Assembly (NCBI GenBank): GCA_950097015.1 | Contig: CATNEN010000025.1 | Coordinates: forward strand, 5,828,001 to 5,892,000 | Direction: 5' to 3' | Length of the DNA: 64,000 nucleotides | Origin: Macrostomum hystrix | Lineage: Eukaryota; Animalia; Platyhelminthes | Shown: positions 26,154 to 37,635 of the stretch, piece after piece | How positions within the stretch are numbered: the stretch's first letter is position 1 | How the letters are laid out: each line of letters opens with the position of its first letter | Program-made: the position numbers and the translations under genes | Notes under the pieces: model-generated | Seen by the model: the letters and a program-made list of their open reading frames with translations, nothing else | Database searches by the model: none | Told to the model about the DNA's origin: nothing

Positions 26154-29100
26154 TTTTGTATCAACATCACGATTTGAATCTAGACTTTAAGTCTCTACCG
26201 CGGTACCCGCAACTATTGCGGCGTCAGGAAATATGCAATGTGCACTATAGAACATAGAAAAAAGAATTTCTAAAGCAATCTTTATATTTTTCATTACAGA
26301 TAAGGACGGGCCTAGCCCCGCCCAAAATGCTCTCTCTCTCTCTCTATTATCAATCTCCCAATCGGATAGAGGACGTGGTTAGTAAATGCAAAAAATTGGT
26401 CGTGCACATGCGAGAGACGAGAAAGAAGAAGAAAGAGAGTAAAGAGAGAGAGGCCTAAAGCGCGCGCGGGAGCGGAGGGGGGCGGGTGCCGGTTTGTTCG
26501 AGGCTCAAAGGCCAGGGATAGAGAAGTGATGTAGAACCGAACCCGTGGCATTCATTAGGCTTCAAGGGTGCAACATCCGTCAGTAGCACCAGGAGCCTCT
26601 CTTCTCATTTCATCCCCATCCTCCATCTCACTCTGCCCTTTTAGTACGGACTCCGGACTCAATCCTCACTAACCCTCCCCTCAACCCCAATTCTCAATCT
26701 ACACGCGCACAAGTCATCCGCCTCTCGCCGTTCTAATCTATCCATCTCCACGCCTGTATAGTAGTAACAGTAGTAGCTGCTTAATAATAGGGCGAGGAGG
26801 CGATGAATGGGAGAGTCGGGGGGGGGGGCAAAGATGATGAACAGAAGAAGAATGGCTAGAAATGGAGCTGTCTCCTACTGGCCTAAGATCTCAAACCAGC
26901 GGAGGCTGAGTCGAGACGAAAGATTCTCAATTCTGTTGCCCTCAACTCCGCCACCCACCCAGTCTGTCCGCCTGGAGCTAGAGAATCCGTGTTCAGTGTT
27001 CATAAATTAACTAATTGAAAATTACTCGAAAGATCTGTCTAAATTTATTTTGTCTCGGTAACGCGAGAAACATCCCACAGTACTAAATAATATACTAAAC
27101 CTTTAAAATACTGCTTGGCATCCAGCCAACAGAACATCCAGCAAACTAACTAACGTGACTATTTATAGAACGGAAAATTCTTACAAACTCACCCTTGAGC
27201 TTTCCGCGAACCTTATTAGCAGTCTTCTTTATTTCTGACATGAGCTCCTCCAGTTCCTCTTTCATTTCTGGAAAAAAACACTCATTTATACAATTCAAAA
27301 AGAGAATGTTGATAAGTGCCTGACTAGCCTGAGGATCTGGGAGAGTGGCTGATTAGCCTGAGGATCTGGGAGAGTGGCTGATTAGCCTGAGGATCTGGGA
27401 GAGTGGCTGATTAACCTGAGGATCTGGGAGAGTAACTGATTAACCTGAGGATCTGGGAGAGTGGCTGATTAGCCTGAGGATCTGGGAGAGTGGCTGATTA
27501 ACCTGAGGATCTGGGAGAGTGGCTGATTAACCTGAGGATCTGGGAGAGTGGCTGATTAACCTGAGGATCTGGGAGAGTGGCTGATTAACCTGAGGATCTG
27601 GGAGAGTGGCTGATTAACCTGAGGATCTGGGAGAGTGGCTGATTAACCTGAGGATCTGGGAGAGTGGCTGATTAACCTGAGGATCTGGGAGAGTGGCTGA
27701 TTAACCTGAGGATCTGGGAGAGTGGCTGATTAACCTGAGGATCTGATAAAGTGGTACTCTGATCCCTTGACTTACTTTCGTCCTGGTTAGGTGAAGCTAG
27801 AATGGAGGAGTGCTTCATCTTGACCTCGTTAACATGCTCCTGAATCTTGTCGATCATTTCGCGAATTCCCTCAACTTGTTCAAAGAATTCGTCCATAAAG
27901 CCGCCGCCTTTGTCCTCCATGGGAATGGAGGTCTGGTCTTCAACGCCAACATCCGAGTGGTCGTCATGGCCGGCCTAATCAACAAAGAGACATTGTTTAG
28001 ACCATCAAAGGATATCATCCCAGGGTAAAAATACCATTGCTCCAGTTCATTGGGTACCAGTCATTGCTATAGAATAGAATGGGCAGCAAACAACCCACCA
28101 ACGCAACCCAATATAAAATAAATTACATTTTGTTTACCAACCCATAAATTGTAGAAATATATATGAACAATATATACAAAACTTACTTAACTAAATCTCA
28201 ATAATTTTTTGTTAAAACTACTTTTGTGAAATGAAAATATTTTTTAGTGACTAGTAGGATGGCAATCAATTTATAAAAAAAATAAAATTATCAATTCTAC
28301 CTAACTGGGCTCACACTTATTATTTTTAGAACTGGTATTTTGACATAAATTATACAATTTCTTTAAAAAATGCCAAAATCTTATATTCAAGACAACTGAA
28401 ATGATCAATTAGGTCACAGAATCAAAAAGAAGATACACAAAAATTTCTGACTCTTAAGTGCTTAATTAAATCCACATTTAATATAGTATTAATTTAGGTC
28501 TAGCATTAAAACAGTGTTGATTTTACTTGTAAAAAAGAAACCTAAACTGTGTATATTGTCTATGGTTTTCATGCCCATATTATATTATAGCTACTAAAAT
28601 ATCCATTTTCTTCAATAGTGTGATACAGAAAAAAAACTAAAAAGGCTGCATAACAACAGTGACTTTCAATTCATGATATCTTTATTTATATCCTAAGCAT
28701 TATTATAAATTCAAATCTAAATAACAGATTTAGATCATTACAGAGAAATATCATTACAGAACATTTTCCAAAAAACTTAAGTTTAGAGAACTGTCTTCAG
28801 TTGTTATTTATAGCTATGATATCTACAAAGAAGCAAGTATATAAGTTAGTGGACACAATTATACAATATACACAATTATTGTTGTGGCTTTAATTTGCTT
28901 ATCTTCAGAAGACAGAAATATAGATAAGTTAATATCTTGATATTCAACTGCATAGCCATGAAATTATAGAGTTTAAGTATTAAGAATTAGGTCCATAAAG
29001 TTTCTTGCCAAGAACTGAATAATCAACCTTCAGAGTAATAAACTTGAAAGTAACTAATATTTTAACTCTAGAAGATCACTTCCCTGTGTTTGATAATGGT

Positions 29101-29590
29101 CTTTTACATCGGTTAATTTTGATTTTTAGTAAGTTATACTAGCCTGTATCAGTGGTTATAATTTTTTGTATCATATCCAAAACAAAAACAAATATTAATA
29201 TCATAACTTGTTGATGGACGGCTATTGAAGTTCAGATAGAGCAAAAATACTATTGTTAAGTCAATATTCATTTCGAAAAAGGTTTAAAGAGTTATAGGAT
29301 TTGTTACGATTCTGACTCAGAATTACTTTTGGCAACATAAACTGTTAATTAGCCAGTGCTAAGCTGAGCAATAGCTAAATAGCTAAAATATAAAGAGTAG
29401 CTATGTTAGAATCTGTTCTATACTAAACTTATTAAAATGCAGCCTACAGTAGCGAATATACTTATTCACGCTCTGCTTAAATTAAAAGTAGTTCACATAT
29501 AGACTTTAAAATAGTTATTCTAACCTAGATTTTACTTACATTTCCAAGGCCTTTAGCTTGCCTGAAATCTGCCAGCCTATCCTTCGTCAT
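6058..29590 (-). CDS. STX1: Syntaxin-1 (Qa-SNARE). complement join: 29540-29590, 27776-27974, 27193-27267, 24774-24847, 12151-12259, 10048-10121, 9248-9385, 9041-9151, then 6058-6141 (304 aa) or 7425-7517 (307 aa)
   Basis: N-peptide [11 protein letters not shown]; Habc [19 protein letters not shown]..., [41 protein letters not shown]; linker [22 protein letters not shown]; [48 protein letters not shown]; [11 protein letters not shown] followed by a TM segment. All introns are GT-AG and phases join into one frame. Exon sizes 75/74/109/74/138/111 match the STX1A architecture as I recall it. Confidence 0.95.
7378..7417. repeat. (ACAG)n microsatellite
   Basis: About 10 copies of acag. Confidence 0.9.
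7425..7517 (-). CDS. STX1: Syntaxin alternative terminal TM exon A ([30 protein letters not shown])
   Basis: Acceptor ttattttcag, phase 0, hydrophobic tail anchor, TGA at 7427-7425. Confidence 0.82.
   Translation of the reverse strand, partial: KRICLIIVAIVIVLVIVAIILGSVLGSQRG
7913..9016. repeat. Minisatellite, 24-28-bp unit (gacacacacatgattgggtaatgtca), about 42 copies, in syntaxin intron 8
   Basis: Direct tandem repetition with a variable CA tract. Confidence 0.97.
9455..9585 (+). mobile_element. Partial SINE family B copy
   Basis: B-box-like gtttgaatc, followed by the central motif ttgtgtcctttgggcaagacac shared with the copy at 48958. Confidence 0.5.
9590..9956 (-). mobile_element. tRNA-derived SINE family A, near full length
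   Basis: Minus-strand head with A box (gtggcagggcgg) and B box (gagttcgattcc). The body is closely similar to 55003-55270. It ends in an (att)n-like tail. Confidence 0.8.
10681..10715 (-). other. Candidate 35-nt syntaxin alternative exon (phase 1 in, phase 0 out), frame-compatible replacement for exon 6
   Basis: tctgtatttcag|CC GAT GTC TGT CAA CTG ACA GAC TCC AGC AGT CAG|gtaggc. Supported by splice signals only. Confidence 0.3.
11108..11665. repeat. Minisatellite, about 24-bp unit (ccgtctgcgcctgtctttgtctgt)
   Basis: Tandem array that explains the repetitive ORFs at 10938-11751. Confidence 0.95.
13604..14010. repeat. Minisatellite, 32-bp unit (ccctgttccttcaggccatagatagtctctac), about 12 copies
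   Basis: Direct tandem repetition. Confidence 0.95.
14698..15362. repeat. Minisatellite, 22-bp unit (ccctctgaatttgaggtagaca), about 30 copies
   Basis: Direct tandem repetition; explains the ORFs at 14631-15368. Confidence 0.95.
15850..17410. repeat. Minisatellite, 21-bp unit (aacgactcaaaacgcttctct / aatgactcaaagcgcttctta), about 74 copies, with internal block duplications
   Basis: Direct tandem repetition with two alternating unit variants. Confidence 0.96.
19085..20358. repeat. Minisatellite, 16-bp unit (gagacacaggagagat), about 80 copies
   Basis: Direct tandem repetition; explains the 455-aa and other ORFs at 18952-20513. Confidence 0.97.
21686..22515. repeat. Minisatellite, 16-bp unit (tccgaaactctgtaat), about 50 copies
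   Basis: Direct tandem repetition. Confidence 0.96.
23249..23477. repeat. Minisatellite, 33-34-bp unit (aaaatctgcatggctgtcaaaacccgaaacttt), about 7 copies
   Basis: Direct tandem repetition. Confidence 0.93.
25130..25925. repeat. Minisatellite, 21-bp unit (gagtcgttagagattcgcttt), about 38 copies; reverse-complement relative of the 15850-17410 array
   Basis: The reverse-complement unit AACGACTCAAAGCGAATCTCT matches AACGACTCAAAACGCTTCTCT at 18/21 positions. Confidence 0.95.
26109..26153. repeat. (CAG)n microsatellite, about 15 copies
   Basis: Direct repetition, intronic. Confidence 0.9.
27325..27746. repeat. Minisatellite, 29-bp unit (ctgaggatctgggagagtggctgattaac), about 14 copies, in syntaxin intron 2
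   Basis: Direct tandem repetition. Confidence 0.96.
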
Positions 29591-31141
29591 TATTAATATA
29601 TAACAAGTAAGCAAATAATTAATTAATTTGCACAACCCCGCAAGTTACTTTTTAAAAGTCTATCCACACTCAATTGGAAACAAAAGTATGGAGATTTAAA
29701 GAAAAAGCAAGTATGGTACTTTCTCTATTTGCTTTCTCTGTTTCTTAGAATTTCGACTTGTAAATTTCTTGAAGATGAAATAAATATTTTAACAAAATGT
29801 ACTCTAAACATTTTATTATTTTGGCGACGTTTTTGCTTGCATGGCGATAGCAGTGCACCGATTAGTAAAAAATGCTCACAATATGTATATTTATGTATTA
29901 GTATATTATATCTATCGAACTTATAGTTCCCTCTATATTGAAATACTATGCGCATTTTTCGCCAAAGGCAAACATTTTTTCCATGTGAATGAACCTTTAT
30001 CTAAGCTTATGCATTTGCTAGCTCTTCTTGGGCTCCTTTTTGCTAGGGACAATACGCTATTGATATTGTTTTTTATCACCAGCCAAAGTTTCGTTAAAAT
30101 ATTAATTGTTGCAGTTTGTGTTACATCGACCTATCTATCCTTCAAACATAATACCAGAAATGGCTTAACATGCTGTTTGCCTGCGTCAAATGCGCTCGTA
30201 AAATGCTAATGATTGTCTTGTCTTTAAAATACCGACGGTGCGGTCCACAGACCGCAGTGGAACACATATTAAGTTTTTCTATACGAAAAGCGTGCACAAT
30301 AAAGACGCACTATTTGCTTTGCAGGCATGCAAGCAGCACGCGCTAGAGCCGCACCCCCGTCTGGACTAAGCACAATAGGACTGCAATAATGATGGGCGCC
30401 ATTCTTTCCTCGGAAAAGCAACATTATAATTGTAAAATGCTGGGTAGTATGGCTGCATCTTGGGGTCGTTCAATAGCTCCTGTGGTACTTAAAGCTCCAT
30501 TTAATTGCTGCAATGCATGAAACGAGTGGAGGTCGGAGGTATAAGACCGCAGCTTCGACCGCGCAGTTGAGTTACTCGCAGAATTAGATAAGCCTTCAAA
30601 AGCTTAAAAAACGCCTCATGCAGAGACGGGAGACACAGCTATTCTTACTATAAAATTCATTAAACTCATCTGCATACAACAGAAAATGGTGCACTGAGCT
30701 ATAGCTATACAGTATCAAAAAATGAAGGGGAAGGTCTGCTGCTTTTACTCATTGAATACTCACTAGCAGTATGTGCTCCAGAGAACCCTAGATATTACAG
30801 TTAGTTATAAAACTAAACGTGGCATCACGAAAATGTTTATAATTCGTGTTGTTTAAGACTTCGATAAATTATAATTTACATTTTAGAGCTCAGTGAGTAA
30901 AGTATTGGAAGAGGATCTCAGTATCCCAATAATCTTAAACTGTAATGCGCCCTTAATCAATTATTTAATATAAGGCCTTTTCCATGGCATGCGAAATGAA
31001 ATTTAAACTTCCGATATTGCATACTACACATTATTTTAAAAGGATAATATGGTCTAACCTTAGGGGTTCGTTGCAGAACGGTCTAAATCGTTTGCCACTT
31101 GAACAAAGGTAACTGAGCTCGATTCCGTGGCGAGGCCCTAT

Positions 31142-31349
31142 GATCATGGGTCAGAGGATCATGAGTCAGAGGATCATGGGTCAGAGGATCATGGGTCAGA
31201 GGATCATGGGTCAGAGGATCATGGGTCAGAGGATCATGGGTCAGAGGATCATGGGTCAGAGGATCATGGGTCAGAGGATCATGGGTCAGAGGATCAAGGG
31301 TCAGAGGATCATGGGTCAGAGGATCATGGGTCAGAGGATCATGGGTCAG
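31142..31349. repeat. Minisatellite, 15-bp unit (gatcatgggtcagag), about 14 copies, preceded by a SINE-A-head-like fragment
   Basis: Direct repetition. The upstream gagctcgattccgtggcgaggcc resembles the SINE-A B-box region. Confidence 0.92.
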
Positions 31350-32033
31350 GAAGAATTGAAGAATTAAAGAATTGGCAATTATGTTGTAATTATAATTAAG
31401 TAGTACATGGAGCAACAAAAAAGGTGCGCGTAAAAGCACAAGTACACAAAAATTATGTAAGTTTATTTTCTCGTTTGCCTTGTCACCTCTATTTGATCGG
31501 TAAATTTATTATTCTCTAAGAAATATTCAAACGCCCAAACAACTAGACAATAGACATTGTGTTGCTTTTCTTCCTCAACTAGTATAGCTACATATTTCAG
31601 CAGCGAAGCAGCAGGGCATAGGACAATAGGGTCTAAGTGTAGCTTGGAGTAGCTTGAACTCTCTCAGCAAAACGACACCTCGCTGTAGCCACAGAGACCC
31701 AATCCCGCATAAATTCGTGACCAAGAGAACAATGAGTCTGATAATGCGATTCACCTCACTTCATCAAGCAACGCCCCTAGACGCACAGCCAGATAGCCAG
31801 TGGGCAGCCGCCAACTCAGCAGAGATTGAGTCAAGCCTCACCTGTATGAGTGGCCAGGAGCAGCCAGTAGTCAGTCGGTGCTTCAGCTCGGGGTGGGCGA
31901 ACATGAGCGCGGCCTCAAGAGAATTGATAAATAAGCAAGCCAGAGCGAGCAGCAGCTGGCACCTGCAACCTGTCGTTGTTATCCATTTTAAGCTGCAAGG
32001 TGCGAATCTAAAAACACATTCAACAATACAATT

Positions 32034-32817
32034 ATGGAGGCCTTCAAGGACGCCTGGCTCGCCATCGACACCCAGGGCAGGGGCCAGATCTCCTCCCGGG
32101 AGCTGACTGTCTACATGAAGAAGAACAACTATGACGATGCCTTTGTCAACGTGAGTTTCAACGTGCAACTCTCAGTTAGTCTTAGCAAAATGCACCAATA
32201 GCAATGTTTACCTATAATCTCCTAATCACACAGAAATGGCTTCGCCTGTTCGACAAGGACAACTCCGGCACAATCGAGGTCGAGGAGTACTGCGACATTC
32301 TCGGACTCAACCACAAGCAGCTGTGGGTGCTCCAGATTAATTTGATTTATGCATTGTAGTCTAAGTTATTCAGTGCCAAGCGTCTTATTAAATGCACTGT
32401 CTGTTTTTCCTTCATCAAGGATGTCGGAAGTCCGCGTTCGCGTCTCTGGCGGCGGCCTGCCTGCTGGAGTCGAGTTCATCTCGGGCGATATGGATATCTC
32501 CTGGCAGATCAAGGTCGCCCAGTTGTGCCTTGAAGGCCTGCGCACCAACGGAAACCTGAAGGTTGGAGTTGCAGCAGTTTTATTTAGCAGTTTATTGACA
32601 TTATGATGCATGTACTAATAAAGCCATGACTAATTATGCCTTTCAGGATGTGCCAAAGTGGATCAAGGTCCAGGCCGACAAGCAGTTCAACCAGCTGTGG
32701 CACTCTGTCATTGTAAACGGCCAGTTCTGGTGCTACTACGGCCACGAGCCCGGATTCTCGTTCGTGTTCCGCTACGAGAAGTACATCTTCATCATCTGGA
32801 AGACACCCCTGGCCTGA
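32034..32817 (+). CDS. Tegument-allergen-like protein TAL-1 (2 EF-hands + DLC-like domain), 172 aa. join 32034-32150, 32234-32322, 32420-32561, 32647-32817
   Basis: MEAFKDAWLAIDTQGRGQISSRELTVYMKKNNYDDAFVN|KWLRLFDKDNSGTIEVEEYCDILGL...LPAGVEFISGDM...LWHSVIVNGQFWCYYGHEPGFSFVFRYEKYIFIIWKTP. This is the same architecture and motif set as Schistosoma Sm22.6/SmTAL1. Introns are GT-AG and phases are consistent. Confidence 0.92.
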
Positions 32818-33399
32818 TTCTTTGGCGCGGTGCGGGACGACTTTGGACATTAGTACCCGTTTCTAAACTTTAGCTAACATATTTTAGCTCTAATAACGAC
32901 ATAGCCATCGAAAGCCTAGTGTGTACAATGTTACTGGTATGCTAGAATATCTTCTATTGCGTTAGTATTGTTTCTTTAATTTATACCAATCTAATTTTAC
33001 TCTGGGAAGGAAGAGGTTTTCGCTTTGATTCGGAAATTATATACCAGTTGCTAAATAAAAAACGCATAAAGTTTCTATCTGCGTCAGAAAATACGTTATG
33101 AGGTTCTTTATTCCATGCATTTGTTTTCATGCATACTCGTACATACTCATACTCATACTCTGAGCCACTCTTGCACAGGTCGGAGGGCAACCTTACTCGC
33201 TCTTCGAGTCAGGATTATATATACTTTGACAAACAACTTAGCGAATTTATCATAAAGTATGAAGAATGTAGAATTCAGTCGTATTTACCATCGCAAGTAA
33301 GGACCGGTTGCAAGGACCACTAGGACACTTCATTAGCCTATATAGTCTAGAAGTCCTTGGTTGCTTGGCAAGGATATTGCGAGCTCATTTAGGTGCAAT

Positions 33400-35700
33400 T
33401 CCCAGTCGAATGAAACACACCTCAGTTGAATTAAAGTGCTCCTACTTTCAAAAAAGGCCAGTGCACGATCGTCACGCCGAGGTACTTGATCTGGTACTCG
33501 ACCTTAAGCACTCCCTCCGTCAATTTTCACCTGAACTTCGGTCGCCTGCTCCTGCGGTTGAGACTGAAGATGCCAACTTCGCGCTTGTTTGAGTAGCCAT
33601 TGAGCAGCCATTCATTCCTCCACTGTACTCTGCGCCTTCTGGACCTCCTCATTGGCTTCCTTAACAGGCTTTGACGCGCACTATACCGCCAGATTGTCAG
33701 CGAACATTCGGATCTTCACAAGCCTTGGGATGTCATCAACAACGTTTTGCTGGATATGATGAAGAGCACAGGCGCATGACTCCCCTTGTGGAAAATTCCG
33801 CTTCATCGTGACCGACGTCCCTTCGTGACGCTGAGGCGGACGCAGGTGAGCCTATTGATGTGCCAGGCCTGCACCCACCGGATCAGCCGGCAGTCAAAGC
33901 GCATTTTTCCGAGCAGTCCGAGCAGTTCCGGTTCCGTTTTTGGCAACCAACGCAAAGCCGATCTTCGTCTTCAGCTGGTAGCTGTCAGCAATGTCTTGGT
34001 GCATGGCCAGTACATGGTCGATAGTAGTGCGGCCAGCCCTGGTCAGGGTGCCTTGCTGTCATCCACCTCGTCCTCTTTGTACATAATTCGATCCTCCTCC
34101 GTCTCGGGCTCTCGTAGCGCTTTGTTGAGGAGCTTCCTCTTCAAGCTCCGGCTGTCCTTCGGGACTTTGACCATACTGTCGTCCGCAATACGAAAGGTCA
34201 TGGCTTTGTCCGCCAACGTGCCTCTCACTGCCTTCAGACACGACTTCCGCGGTAACCCTGGGGCCCTATATTTGCATTGGCCCACCAACTTCCAGCGGTT
34301 GTTGACACGCTCCCACCAGCTGTCTCTGGCTTCAGCATGCATGACCTCCAGCGGGTCTGTCATGCTAGTGGGCCTTGGTTGGCTCCGGTCTGCTGGTCCT
34401 CCTTCAGGCGTCGCTCCCGGCTTCCCAGATTTCCTAATCCCTCCGTGAGATAGCCTCAGCGACCTTCTCGCTTAGCGACATCTTCTTCACCAGCCTCGAC
34501 TTGACGAATCTTATGTACTTGTGTGCCGCCTGTAGCAAAATTTTGGTGATCCGAGTCGAGCCGCCGCAGTGGGGTCGCCAGCTATTGAACACCGCAGTGC
34601 TGCATAAGGTGATGTCCGGTGAGCTGGGGCATTCGCTGCCTCGTGCGGACCTGGTGGGTGACCCAACTCAACTCCACGAAAGTCCGTCGCCTCATACAAA
34701 AAATCCTGGTTAAGCCACGGTGCCCAGCATCTCCAGGTCGCCTTCCACGCCACCAGCTGCATCTCCACGAAACCACCCGGAAAGGTACGTTTTCTCTGAT
34801 GAGCAAAGCCACCCCGATTCATTTAAATGTCTGCGCTCCTCTGCAGCCTGCGTCACGCCTTTGGTCCGTCGCTTTCTTCTCTGGGACGGCAGTTATCGCA
34901 CTGGGTTTGTGTTTCTACTCGCATTCGTCTGCTTCAGCCAAAGCTTCCGGAGCCAGCGCGAGCGGAAGCGCCGTGATCCCCCCCCCCGAAGTCTATTCCC
35001 TGGGCCTTCTGTTTATTGCCATTGTTTTTGTTGTCGTTGGATTCTAGGAGGCTAAGCCCAGTCGAGCCCAGTGTGACCGCCAGCCAGAGAGGGAACATAC
35101 AGGGCATCATGGGAGGTGTACTGTCAGCAGAGGCAATTTTATACTGTTTCCCAACCCCACAAGGCCAGACAACAGCGATGTCATCCCAGGCGCTCTAACC
35201 AGAGGACCAGACACGGCCACGTTAAGGGCGTGTGCCGGACTTGTGCGCAGAGGTCAATCGCACACCCAACAGAACGATCGGCCTGCCAGCCTTACAGCGG
35301 GGCGGAGAGGGCGCCGAAAAACACGGCCCCCACTGACAAACGAAACTTGGATATTTTCGCTCTCCTTTAAACGGCAGCCACTTGTAGACGGTGACAGCGT
35401 GTGAAAAATAAGCCGTTTCGCTGTGTGAAAGGTGTGTCCTTGACCATGGTTTGGGGCACCCTCTCACTGGTTGGTCAGACGGACTGTTGATGCTGCCGTG
35501 ACCTTGCAGACGAAGCAGGGGTGGACCACCGGGACCACCTACTAGCTGACGCCACAGACCAGGATGAGGCCTGTGTAGTGCCTGACGGCCCGGAACTTCT
35601 GGAATCTTTCCCTCTCATCTCGCCATTTGTCACATTATCTCAACCAAGTTGAATACGGCATGCTTCAGGATCATCTGCCTCCCTCGCCAGATCATATCAT
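33400..35700 (-). mobile_element. Decayed non-LTR retrotransposon (APE + RT LINE) with frameshifts and stops; ends approximate
   Basis: Minus-strand remnants in the expected order: GVALLIRENVPF (APE, ~34800); HVLAMHQDIADSY; RLIRWVQAW..NR; KGSHAPVLFII; DDIP..IRMFADNLAV (YADD-type, ~33693-33704); KYLGVTI (~33474-33488). Confidence 0.8.
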
Positions 35701-35716
35701 TATCCCTGCTATAGCA

Positions 35717-35780
35717 CAGACTAGGGGGGAGTGACAGCGCGTTGGCCTCTCGCACCAAGGTCCCTGAGCTCGATTCCGCG
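35717..35780 (+). mobile_element. SINE family A head fragment
   Basis: cgcgttggcctctcgcaccaaggtccctgagctcgattccgc nearly matches the head of the 9590-9956 copy. Confidence 0.7.
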
Positions 35781-35937
35781 GTTGTAGCTGTCCCCAAACG
35801 ACTGTGACCTCGTCGAGGATTCAGAGTTTACGGAGCTTGGTGCGAGAGGTAGTCGCGTTTTCCCCACAAAGATTCCTTAGTTCGAATCTGTTTGTCAGAC
35901 CTCAATTAACTGGCCAAGGCGTTCAATGTCCGCCTGG

Positions 35938-36000
35938 ATCAACATCAACATCAACATCAACATCAACATCAACATCAACATCAGCATCAGCATCAACATC
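35938..36000. repeat. (ATCAAC)n microsatellite
   Basis: About 10 copies. Confidence 0.88.
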
Positions 36001-36956
36001 CTGTTTCACAGTATGACTGTAGAGCCTGCTGCGAGATCAGAAAAATAAACGACTATGAAAAGAATATAAGAATTTGTTTAACATGAAGGCCTGAATTTCC
36101 ATCAAGAAGTTGTCATCTATCACATTTGGTTTTCCACTACAGAGTTATTGTATCTTTAAGTTTTAGTTGATCTCCTTAACATGGCTAATACACTTTGGAA
36201 ACTAACTTTTAAACTTTTGGATTATTTCGTAGTTGCTTCTAGTGAAATTACTCTTAAAAATGGTGCTCAGACTAGATAGCAGACTGGTCTGCGTTTTCGT
36301 GTTAATACTTTTATTGTATGCTTCTTAACTACTGGATTTTGTTAAAAAATGCTGGTTTTCTCTTGTGTTACATTTACTAGTTTAGTCTAGTTACATTTCT
36401 AGTTTTGCAGAATTGTTGGGGCCAGCCAGGAGTGTCTGGTCGGCTGAAACGTGTTGTAGAACACTTCGGTATTTTATCATTTTTAAACAACCAGATGGAT
36501 GCGTACAATCAGCAGCGATTCTTACTGCGTCCTACTCTGCCTCTCCGAAAGTACCCCTGTCTTGCCACCGACCTGGGTCATTAAGTGCTGTTTCGAGCCT
36601 TCATTGTTAAACTTCCGAGGCGAAAAATGCTTCTCATTCTCTTTTCTGTTAACCTCCAGACCATTCGGGCCGAGTGTCCACTGATCAGTCAGTGCTCGCA
36701 CTCTAGCAAGAATACCTGCTAAGGCTTTGCCTTTTTCTTTAGACTAAAATTCTAGCGCACCGTTTCACCCCCCAAAGGACCCACCAATCGCCATTTGGGC
36801 CCTAGCAACCAACAAAACTTCGGGGTCAGCGTCCACTTGAGGAAGGGGTTGACGGCAGGCATCCATCAACCCCCTGTGCGTCCCGAAGTGCATAAATATC
36901 GGAGCTCACAGACTGGTCACCACTGGACAACAGACGTTTCAGTCATAACTTTAGAC

Positions 36957-37635
36957 ATGGAGGCCTTCAAGAACGCCTGGCTCGCCATCGACACCCAGGG
37001 CAGGGGCCAGATCTCCTCCCGGGAGCTGACGGTCTACATGAAGAAGAACAACTATGACGACGCCTTTGTTAACGTGAGTTTCAACGTGCAACTCTTTTAG
37101 TCTTAGCATAATGCTAAAATACATTATTGACTAAAATTTCCCATTCATGCAGAAATGGCTTCGCTTGTTCGACAAGGACAACTCCGGCACCATCGAGGTC
37201 GAGGAGTACTGCGACGTTCTCGGACTCAACCATCGCCAGCTGTAAGTAAACTCATTCATTTGACTCAGCTCAACTGAAAGCATTCAGATCCGCTCGCTTG
37301 ACTCGAACCTCAAACCATTTAGCATGTCGGAAATCCGCGGCCGCGTCTCTGGAGGCAGTCTGCCGATCGGCGTCGAGTACATCTCTGGCGACATGGACAT
37401 CGCCTGGCAGATCAAGATCGCCCAGCTGTGTATCGAGACCCTGCGCTCCACCGCCATCATGAAGGATGTGCCCAAGGCGATCAAGACCCAGGCTGACCGC
37501 ATCTACAACCAGCTGTGGCACGTGGTCATGGTCAATGGCCAGTTCTGGTGCTACTACGGCCACGAGCCCGGATACTCGTTCGTGTTCCGCTACGAGAAGT
37601 ACATCTTCATCATCTGGAAGACACCTCTGGCCTAA
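36957..37635 (+). CDS. Tegument-allergen-like protein TAL-2, 172 aa. join 36957-37073, 37153-37241, 37323-37635 (lacks intron 3)
   Basis: Close paralogue of TAL-1, with EF2 DKDNSGTIEVEE and a DLC domain ending IIWKTPLA. A TATA-like cataaata lies about 65 nt upstream. Confidence 0.92.
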
